51,910 nucleotides of DNA from Girardia tigrina (Eukaryota): the NCBI GenBank assembly GCA_001938485.1, contig MQRK01235592.1:30270-82179 (forward strand), written 5' to 3'. Shown here one piece after another: positions 22,801 through 34,800 of the stretch (positions are counted from its first letter, which is position 1; each line of letters opens with the position of its first letter). The notes beneath the pieces are model-generated. The model saw only the letters and a program-made list of their open reading frames with translations. It was not told where the DNA came from and ran no database searches. The translations under genes and the position numbers were made by a program.

Positions 22801-25800
22801 TTGAATGATGAAAATATTTATATGAAAAGAAAGGTATTTTGAAGAAAACTTTAGAATTTATTAAAAATTTTAAAAAAGAGTACATCAAAAAGTGGAATTT
22901 CTTTGTACACATACACTGTAATAAATGGGTAGTTAACTGCAAATTGATGTCAATATGACAATTATTTATCAATGAATTTTTATGAAGTTTTACATATCTA
23001 CGTATGAATTAAAGGTAAGAATTTTATTTATTATTTATTAGAATATATACTTATTTCAGGGTTTTTAAGGCCATTTTGGGTGTACAATGTACACCCAACT
23101 TTTGTAGATGTACACCCAAAAATTTGGCTATTTATAGGTAAAGCATGGGGTCATTAAAAATACACACACTGCTATTCCACCCACTTTCTCTCCCTTTCGC
23201 ACAAACACGCTCCTAACATAAGTATACGACATTCTTTTGTTCTTAACCCTTTAAATCCAGTGTGCATGTGTGATGTAACAATTTTGGAGTAAAAATAAAT
23301 GTTATGCTGTAAACCCACATTTTATTAGTTTACACCCAGTTGGAAACCTTAAAAAACCATGCTTATTTATATATATTAATTCATCTTCATAATACCCGCA
23401 GATGTCTGCTTTTAAAAGGCTATCTACAGATGATTTTTTTTGTATGACAATAATAAATCGTTATATCCTTGTAGTCATCTTTGGTCGCCAAAAGTTCTAT
23501 CTTCTCTCTTAATACGGCAACTCTTTCTTGGTGAGTGATGTGAGGTCTGGGTAATTTGTCATTTCTGTCCTGATGTATCTCTTAATTTCGCAAAAGATGC
23601 CTGGATTGGATTGAGGAATGGTGGATAAGGGGTAAGTATGTCATTTCATGATTTGAAATGGTATTTGAATGTATACGAGTATTATCTTGTATAAGAAAAT
23701 ATTTCATTTCGGATAAACCGTTCGAAAGATCCGTAATAAGTTCTTGATATTTTGCATGGTCAACAATACCGGTTTTTTGTGACATGTATGCTTGTCTTTT
23801 AACATTTTACCGTTTTTTTGTATCTATAAGTGATACTTTTGGCAGCAGATTCGGAATTGTCCAACTGCCTATCCAAAGTTGAATAATCTTCATCTAAATT
23901 GTAGGCTGTGATAATCAAATCATTGTTAATTATTACTATCATGTAATTAGTTAATTAATTAATTGACTAAAATTCAAGATTTTATGGAACTTTTTTAAAA
24001 TATGGTTCCGTCTTTTCACTGTTTGTCGATATGATAAATAAAATTAATAACATTATTCAGTGTTAATAGCACTGTGGATCGGAGAGATTTTCTTCTGTTT
24101 TTAATTTTTTTGCACTTAATTGACTATCCAACTGGGTGTGTACAAGGTATGTATTGTTTCCGTAGGCATTTATTATATTTATTTATTGTGTGCATTGAGT
24201 ATGTTAGGGATCAGAACAATTTTTTATAGATTTCAACAGATTCTTAAACGCTGATAGCTGTTACTTATACACTTAAATTCCATTTCGTTATATTTGATTA
24301 TATTTAATTGGTTATTTATTTTAGATTGCTTAAAACAAGAATTATAATTTAAATGTTAAAAACTTTTAAAATTATTTATTTTTTCCATAGTGAATTTAAA
24401 GTTATACGATTGTGATTAAGTTTTTGTAAGTGTCTCGTAAGCGCATTGTGTCCATATATGTACATGAGTGTGAGAACATATGTCGTCTACTCATTTGGTG
24501 GTTGACCTGACCATTAACAAATACTTACTCATTAATAAAAAAACATTTTCAAACGCTATTTGGTCTCATAAAGTTATAAATTTTAGGCAAACGAATTTAT
24601 TATTTTCAATAAAATATTTTTTTTCCAAAAAATTATAAAACCTTTTATTATTACTATATATACTTATATATACTTTTTAATGGTTGAATAATATACAATT
24701 GCTAGAACATTGTAAAAGTACATTATCTTTGATTTATTATCATTATTATTTTTCGACACCAACAAATTGAATGGATTGCGGTAAGCAGAGCGGAAATAAC
24801 GGGTTAAACAATGTTTAGAATATTTTAAAAAATTTTGGTTCGACGGAAAAAATATTTTAAATTGCCAACAGAAAAAAAATAATAAAATTCAATCCAAAAA
24901 ATAATAAATTTTTATTAAACCATATTTAAAAAATCAATAAAAATATTGATTGACAAATTTGGATTTTAAATTAAAAGGATAAGAAGTTTTCTAGAAACCA
25001 TCATCATTTCACCATTTCCTTAGCCAATTCCCTCAATTTACCAATCAGTAAAAGAAAGTTCCGAAGAACAACAAGGAGATCCAAAAGAGATAATAACTAA
25101 ACAATTCTGTTTTCCAACAAAAACGAAAATTAAATAATAATTGTAAACTCTAACTATTCCGTCTTTCCTTAACCAATCCATTCAATTTACAACCAGTCAA
25201 AGAAAAAGAAAATCAAATCTCTAATTTGAGACGTTAATAATGAAGAAGATCTGATGAAGATAATAACCTAACAATTCCGTTCTAACGAAAAATAAAGCAA
25301 GTAACGTGTATTTTTTTAAAAAACCAATCGACCTGTTTCTTGTTGTTGTGATCGAGAAAAATTTCTTTTCTTCTTGGATATCTTTCCGTTATAGTTATGA
25401 ATTATCAATATATTTGTTAATTATTTCGTTTCAAGTTTATTTCAGTTCATTCGATTAATAAATTAGAAAAGAAAGCACTTTCAATTATTATGAATTTTTG
25501 AGATTGCTTCCTTTTCAACATTATCTTTGAATGGAAGCGCTTATATGAAATAAAAAAGCACTTGCAACATCTTACTTTCTAAACATTGTATAACTTTTGT
25601 TAACAAATAAACGAATTGATATTCTTACAAATAATCTTGCAAAATGTAAGAACGATATTTATCGTTTCCGAAAATACGTAGGTCCTACAATGTAGTGCTG
25701 ATTTATCATTAATATTTTGTTTCAAGTTATAATATAAAAACTGGGTTCTGATTTTCAAACAATTAATATTTAAGGGACTAAAGAAATCAGTTAGACTTTC

Positions 25801-28800
25801 ACAAACATAAAAATGCATCATTCTTCAAATTTAACAAAAGCGATATTTTCAGATAATCATAAATGTAGGGTGAAAAAAACGCTCCATTACTTTAAGAGTT
25901 CAGTACAAAAGTTTTAAATATTTTCAATTTCCTGCAAAATGTAGACATTTTTTGCTCAAAGATAGTATTTTGGAACTATATAAATTAAAAAAAATCAATA
26001 AAGATAATATAAAATATCCTTCATATCATTAAAATTTTGTAAAAATTTTTAGTATTAATGAAAAAATTATTTTATTAATTTAAAATTTTAAAATTCATTA
26101 ATATGGTTATTAAATATTTGAAAATTAAAATAATTAGTTTTAGGATACAATTTTTAAAAATTTTTTAGTTTTAATGTAAAAATTATTTTATTAATTTAAC
26201 GTTTTAAAATTTTTTAAATTTTAAAAAATGGAATCAAAAGAAAAATTTAATAGATTAATTTTTGGCAAAATAATAATTGAATTAACGAGAAATTTGTTTA
26301 AGTATGTGAATTATTGTCATTAATAAAAATGTTGGTGTGAGTGTTGAAACTGATAATAATGAAAGGGACATAAACGTTACTTACATAATCAATTGTTAAT
26401 ATTTTTCACTACAAAATGGCCATCAAGGGCATTCTAGATGCCCAGAAGTGTACCAAAGACTCTAAAACAAATTTAAAGCGACAGGCAGTGCCAGAAGAAA
26501 GCCTGGAAGTGGAAAACACAGATCAGACTAACCAAGATCCTGATTAAGTTCGTTCGCGAGAAGATCGGGTGAGTGACAGTCAGGTCTATGAGAAAGATTG
26601 TCAGAGAGACAGGTATTAGCGACTGATATTTTATGGATCCTTTGATTCAAGTCAAACTATGGGAATATTTAAAGGCATTCATTTGTGTTTTTCTCTTACC
26701 CAGTTTCAAATTATTTTCTTCTAATTATTACACGCAATATGATGAGCCAAATGACTGTCTGGCTAGCCAAGATAAACTTGAAAATAAACATTTTATAAAC
26801 GTGAGACAAATGATAAAATGTTGCGTTTTTGACGTTGAAGTGTGAAGCATCAATATATGAAAAAGTCATTTTAGGACTACTCTTACATATACTCCTACTC
26901 AAAGAAACCCAAATTTAATTTGAGAATACAATTTATTAATTAAATTAAATTATAAAACTCAAATTTTAAATTAATGTATTCCAATAACTGTAACAAAAAG
27001 ACATTTAAATGACATAATGAAATAGAGCATGTGTTAAAAGCCGTATTTCGGATTTGAGAGCAATGATGCCTAAATATATATTGAAAAAAAATCTCGAGAA
27101 TCATGCCACAGAACACGAAACAGATAATTATTATATTAGGTTGTTTAAAAAATAATGTAATTTTTTAACCTTAATCTTTAAAAACAAATATCTCAGCGTA
27201 GAATCAACTTTATTAATGGAAATAACAACTGTTAGCATCAATACACTTTTGCCAATGGTGCACAAGTTTATTTATTCCGGTTGCATAAAATTTTGACTTT
27301 CTGGAGGCGATGAAATCGTTTGAAGGCAGTTTTAGCATCCCCTTGATTTTCGAAGTATTTCTCCTGGAGGAAAATGTCAAGATGTTTGAAAAAGTTATAA
27401 TCAATAGGTTAGAGGCCAGGTGAGTATGGTGGATGACTCAAAGTTTCGTAACCACGTTCGTTCAACAATTGCATTGTCAGACGTGCGATGTGTGGCCGAA
27501 CGTTGTCGTGGAGAAGAATAGGCCCCTTCCTATTGACTAATGCTGGTTGTTGTTGTTGGAGTTTCTGGTTCATTTTGAAAATTTCCTGACAGTATCTCTG
27601 TGCCGTAATTGTTTCTCCTGGATTTAGGAAGCTATGATGAATAAAACAGGCTGTAGACCACCAAACCGTCACCATCATCTTTTTTGGTACAATTTCGGCC
27701 TTGGAAATCGTGGTCCAACCACTGAGAAGAACGTCTCCGATTGTCGTAGAAAATCCACTTTTCATCACACGTTACAATTCGGTCCAGAAACGGATAATTC
27801 TTGTTCCGCAGAAGAAGTAAAGACTATGCCTCAAAACGACGCATTTTTTTATTGTCATTTAATTCGTATGGAATTCATTTATCCAGTTTTTTCAACTTCC
27901 CAATATCACGCAGATGGTTTGAAATTGTTCCTATCGTGACACCTAGTTCCTCCGCAAGCTCTTGAACTGTTGTGTGTGGATTTGCTTCCACTAGAGCCTT
28001 CAAAGTTTCATTTTCAATAGCAGGTTTCCGTCCACGGCCATCATCATCTTTGAGGGTCTCATCTCCTTCTTGAAATTTTTTGAACCAACATTGTAACATA
28101 CGTTCATTTTTAGTTCCATCGCACAATACACTGTTTATATTACAAGTTTGAATTCATATAAAAAATTGTTCGTAATTGCGCCTTTTGCATATTGAAAACT
28201 ATTTAAATAAACACGTTATTTTAAAGTTAATATTTAAACAAAGTATCATAGAAATATAGAGTTTTTCATAAGCTTTAAAGTTATGTATAAAACATAAATA
28301 AATGATAAAGATTTATTTCAAAACATGATCAAAAATCAGGACCATTCAAAAAACGACATTCTTTTTTAAACAACCTAATACATTACAGCAAAATGAAGAC
28401 AGATTTATCGGTTTATTAATTTTTATTTACCAGAAGAGAAGATTATTTAGTAAAAATTATTTTAATAAATAATCAACATACCGCTACTTGTTTGTTGATA
28501 AGCAAAGCTGTGGATATAGCACCTGATGTCGCTAACACATAAGACGTCGCTAGCCTCCTAAAGTAATAATTAATACAATCAAAACAAACCAAAAGAATTA
28601 TAAAATTAAGTGTCCCTTAGCTCTGCACCAACAGAGGGAAGGGTAGCTAGTACTTTTCTTGAAAGTAATCTTTTTTTATTTTATAAGCTAACAAATAATT
28701 CATTGAGAGACTTTGATTATTATGCATGTATAATAATAAAAAGATCAAAAGCCTATGAAAAGACAAAATATTATCAAAGAAAAACAAACTGTAAGCGTTT

Positions 28801-31800
28801 TTTTTATTTTTATTTGTATTACGAATTTTCACCGAACTATGTCTGTTTATATCATAGATGCATCGGCCCTCCCCGGGGTGGGTTTTAATATTTGAAAATA
28901 TTCGGTCCCAGTGCCAACCTAACCCAAGCAAAAAATACGAAAATTTCTTTTACACCTTTTTAAAATAATAAATTCGAAAATATATAGTTTTTTAAAGAAA
29001 AAAACTTAAAATTTATAGCCATGTAAAAGCAATTGAAACATGGTATTGCGTTTTCAAAGTGAGTAATTTGCATCAAAGATTTATAAAAATATATTTTTAT
29101 GTACTCTTTTTCTTTGCAAGAGCAGTTTGATCGTCATAAAATCCGACTTTGTTCATAGTCCATTTTTTAAGTTTTTTGCTCTATAATAATTTTACTGTTT
29201 TTTATATTAACTTTATATTCTCTTATTCAAAAAAAGCAATGAATTATATTACATTAGGTATTGTTTGTAGCATTACGAAACAGATAGAATCATCCTTGAA
29301 ATTCATGAATAATCTTCATTTTTATATTAAATTTACTACAGGATTGAAATTATTAATAAACTTCCTTTTCTTGACATTCTGTCCCTATTATTGTGATGGA
29401 AAATTCTGAATGTTATAAGTTTATTGTTTGTATGTTGTTTAGATAGGTGACTCTCCTACTCAGATGGGATTGATATGCTATTGATTAATTATTTAAATTT
29501 AATGAGATTAATGTTTAAATACTAATTAATTAAAAAGTTTTATAATTATAAATTTTAATAATATTTTTTAGTAAAACAATTTTAACTTATTGAATTCAAT
29601 ATAATTTAAAAACTAATGTTTATTTTAAAATTTACTTCATGCATTTTCATGCAATAAAATTTTGAGAGATTAAAAGTTAATATTATATTTATCTCATTAA
29701 TTAAATCAAAGATTTGAATATAGATACAAAAACATATTAATCAAGAACGATACTTTCCGTAGATTGTACTACTGAAAATGAGTCTGTGGGTAATATTAAA
29801 CTAAATTAAAAGAAGTGTGACAGTAACATAGAAAAGTAATCATGACAATGCCTATATACTTATAAATACTCGTTTTAAATGCTATAAATCCTTCAGAATA
29901 TTTGATCATAAGGATCTTTTCGATATTTTCTTCAGTTAAACCTTTTTAACTCGTGTCTGTATGTATAATTTGTCGAATGTTATCCTAATATTGCGTTCTG
30001 TTTGCTTGTTTTTGTACATATTTGTTCCTCATGAGTTACATCCGATATTTTAATCTATGATTCGCTCATTTAAAAACAGAAGACAAATTGAAAACTTTGT
30101 TCACTATGCTATCATCATATTATCTCTATAATTTCTTAATCAAAACTCTTTTGTGTTCTATAGGGATGTTTATTTGTCATTCTCGTATTTAATTAAGTTT
30201 GATATTTCATATTCTTCTAGTAATAAGAATGTCAAGAAAAGAAAGTTTATTATTAAATTCCGATTTTATAGTAAATTTAATTTTAAGATAAAGATCATTC
30301 AATGATTCAAAAATGGTTCTATATCAATAATTCTGAATACCAAAAAGATATCATATATATATTTCTTATATACTACAGGTTTTCATCGTGATGTTTATTA
30401 ATATGATCTTCAAGAGACTTCATAAAATTAGATGTCAATTTATGTGTTTATGGAGAGCCCGTTATTACTCCATCTTTCAGAAATTACCATTTATCCTTAA
30501 TAGGAAATAGCACATTTTTCGTACAATATTTCAGAAATTATTTCAATACTTGTTTGTTTATTATGCTAATGGAGTAAAATCATCCTCCTATAAATTGTCA
30601 CATAGATCTAAGTATCGTCAATCGGTATATTCATAAACAATCTGGAAACATATGATGAGACCATGCATTCAGACTCGCATTTAAGCATTTTATTGAAAAT
30701 GAAAACTTTGAATTGGAAGATTGCCCTGATCTCAAATTCAATAGAAATCAGGGCACTCAATAGTCAATAAGGGCTTTTACGACCCTTAACTGCTGTCTTA
30801 ATCATTGACAGTACAAGGGGTGGTCGATCACCAGTATTATGTATTTCAGTTAGTCTATATAATTTACCGGTTTGGAATCATAACATATGACTGGTTTCTC
30901 AAATCTCGGATCTATTTACATCATATTACTCATTTAGATTAATTAATATACTCGTAATTGTAAACAGAGGTTTTGATAACAGTAATATAAAATCATGATA
31001 ACAAAATTACAGTAAAATATTTCATAAATAAAACCTTACGAATTTGATATTTGACTGTTGCCGCTTCTGTTTGTGTAATTGACTACAGCATTAAACGTTT
31101 GATTAATCCATTGCCAAAACAGAACACCCGGCCAAGTCCTGCAAAGAAAAACAGAACTGATTCACGCGAAATACTTTTGCAATGACGTTTTATTTTTAAA
31201 AGTTCTATACCACAAAATTTTACGTTGGTGTTAGATATCTATAGACCACGTTGAGATCAATAGACCGAATTGCCTAAAACTGTCAATGGTGAAAAGATGT
31301 TTGAAGATATAATCGTATTCATGTTACTTGTTTGAAGAATGATAGAAATAAAGAAAGAAAATGAATACACATAAAATTTTAATAGTATTTTAATGAATCT
31401 TTTATAAGTAACTTTGTAAAATTATTCTCACATTAGATGACATAAAATAATTCAATAAAAATCAATAACTTATTTATTTAACTTATTTTTTTTGAAAATG
31501 CAATTGCTTTCTAACAATTTGTATCCTTTACAGTAAACAGTTAAAAATATTACTTATCTTTGAAAACAAAAAGACGCCATTTTATAAATAAAAATTTCTT
31601 TTCATTGACAATTAGTTGACGGTGCAACCGTCATCGTCACGTCATAAAGAAATTATTAAATTTAAATCTGCTTATATAGACATGTGGTGAATACATAATC
31701 AATTGATTATTTTATCATCTAAACACACTCAATAAGTTTGTCGAGAGAACCTATTGTACATTAATCTTAGGATCTAAAGATCTGATATATAGTGCTTCAC

Positions 31801-34800
31801 AGGTTGTTGTGACCTACCTTAGGAAAGATTATATACTAGAGTGATTCAAAAGTTTTTTTTTGTTTTTCCACTCATATTTTCAAGATAGCAAAGCATGTAA
31901 ACAGAACACATTTATTCTTTGAAATACAAACCTTTATTTTCAATGGTCCTCAACCATCTTTCAACCAGTTGCTAGATTCCACGGGTATACCATTCTGTCG
32001 TTTTGGAAGCAAAAAATCACGGCACCCTTGTTCAACCTCTTCTACTGAATCGAACTGCCGCCCTTTGAGAATATGCGCCATTGACCCAAAGATGTGGTAG
32101 TCGCTGTGGGCAAGGTCGTGGCTGAAGGCAGGGTGTTGAAAAACTTCGATCCCTTGCAGCTCTTATACTTTACCACGAGTCAAACGTGCAGTGTGTGCCG
32201 GAACGTTGTCTCGTTGTAGAAGAACTCGGTTGCGATTGACTAATGCCGGGTAACGCTCACAGAGAATGGCGTAGACTTTGTCCAGCTGCTGAGTGTAAAT
32301 GTTGGCATTCACATCACACCCCTCCGGAACCAGCTTGAAGTGGATCAACCCCTCGAAATCACACCATATACAGAGAATAACTTTGCAATCAAAGCGTCTT
32401 TGTTTAACTACGGGTTGGGCGGGCATATCAGGATAGAGCCACTGATTACCCTTGTTTGGATTACGGAAAAATATCCATTTTTCATCCCCCGTCACGATCC
32501 TTCTGAAGAAGCGCATGTCATGGGGGTGAGCAAGCAATTCTTTGCAGATATCAAGTCGTTGTTGTGCTTGAGTGGCTGTCAGTTCGTGAGGAATTTTTCG
32601 ACACTGTATATTGAGTAGTCCAAGCTGATGAAGATAACGTTGAATAATGGGTTGTGAAGGACCAAGCTCTGCTGATAATCTCCACGTGTTGGTTCAGGGT
32701 TGCTTGATGTAGTGTCATTATCAACAACAGATGGTCTCCCAGAGCGAGGTTGTTCTTCCAAAATGACGTCACCACTTGAGAAACGCTTGAACCACAATTG
32801 TGACACACGAACACTGACTGTACCTTCACCGTCTACTTCACATATGTCCCGGTCTGCAGAAGCTACGTTGAAGCTTTTTTTCCAATAATGTCGAAAAAGT
32901 ATTTGATAATAATCTAATCACTCTCCATAATCTGATAACTTATCATATGATAAGAATAAAAAAACAAACGTTAAATGAATAAACACTATACAAGGAGATT
33001 TGTCATGCAATACCGTAATAAATAATATAAAAATCAATAATGTCAAAATAGAATATTCATATAAAATAACTGCCACAATGTAATGCAAAGAAAACTAAAA
33101 AAACTTTTGAATCTCCCTAGTATATGTGTGTATTAATAACAAAAAAGATATTTAAATCGATTAAAAAATTTACTAAAAAATAAAAGTTATGTTGTAATTG
33201 AAGAATAAACTATTTCTCTCGTCTTTTCATTGTTTTTTTATTCTTCACATCTTTTTGAAATTATTAATTATCATTAGCAATTTGGAATTATCATTTCTAT
33301 AGATTGAAGACATTTGCGGTCTTCAACACATGACATTACTTCCAATAATTATTAAAATATTAACATAAATAATTTAAAAATTCTGTTGTTGAGTGTGGTT
33401 AGATGACACGATTATTCCTTGATTACACAATCACTGCTTGTCTATATTAGTAGATTTAAAATTAATAATTTCTTTGTGGTCTAAAGATGACGGTTGTACC
33501 GTCAAAATTAATTGTCAATGAAAATATTTTTTTTATAAAATGGCGTCTTTTTATTTTCAAAGATAAGCAGATTTAACGTTTTAAATTACGATTTTTGTTA
33601 TTTTACATATTTTACAGTTTTTTTTTAAATTTAAGATTTTTAAACTTTATGTACTTTTTTGTTTAACATAATTATTTAGTTTTTGTTAGTTTTATAATAA
33701 AACCTTTTTTGCTTTTTTTTACTTGATAGTCAGCACTTCGATAACACTTCAATAATGAGTCCCGGGGTCACCTAGAAACGTAGATAGACAATGACGAACA
33801 GATGTTAACCGTGGAGTCTGATCCATCACAAAGTACTTATGATGTATCGTTAACCGTTTGCTGTTACAAAGCGATCAATATTAAATCACTTGGCTAAAAT
33901 TGGCAAAGTGAAAAAGTTAGATAAGTGGATTCCAAATGGGTTACTGAACTAATTTCAACAAATGAACTACTTTTAATAAAAAAAAATAATTTCAACAAAT
34001 GAACTTGAAATTCCCTAACCCTAACCCTAATTCTAACCTTAGACCCTAACCTTAATCTCAACCCTAACTCTAACCATAAACCTTTGTTGAAATTAGTTCC
34101 TTTGTTGAAATTTAATTTTCTGTTGAAATTTATTCCTTTGTTGAAATTAATTCTGCATCCCACATGACTAGAATGAAAAGCAGAAACAAAAGCGTATGGA
34201 TGCTTGTTTGATAATCCTTTCTTGTTATAAATGTGATCACTTTTTTAATTGAATCGCACTTTTAATGAAAAGTGGATTTAATATGAAAATTGCAAACGTT
34301 CAGTAAACTGGATGGACACGAATGAAGTAGCAAAACACTATTTTCATCAAAATTTTGATTGTCAATGATTGGTGGTGTGCTGCTGATATTATCCATTATG
34401 ATTTCATTAAACCTGATTCATCGATCACAGCAGATGTATACTACAACCGATCGGAGGATATGATACGGAAACTCAAAGAAAAACAGTCGAGTTGGGTAAG
34501 CAGATCGATTCCCATCTTGTTCCATGACGATTCACAACCACATACTGCACTTAAGACCGTGACAGAAACTTGTGACAAGAACTCGAGTGGGAACTACTGC
34601 ATCATCACCCAAAATAATGTAAAAATATAATATATCTTCTGGCAAAAACAATTAAAACAATCAATGGTTATATACCCAAGAAATTGTTATCCAAGTGGCT
34701 TCAACAAGCTGTCGTTCAAATGGAAATCGTGTGTTGATAATATGAGTGAATACTTTGATGAAAGGCATGAATATGTTTATTGGTAAATTATCAATAAACT

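Noticed and set aside
25251-25295. CTGATGA...GAAA as another hammerhead
   Set aside because: No stem II or stem I pairing and no palindromic loop.
34013-34078. True telomere or chromosome-fusion scar
   Set aside because: Short, degenerate, and enclosed by MITE TIRs within a mariner.
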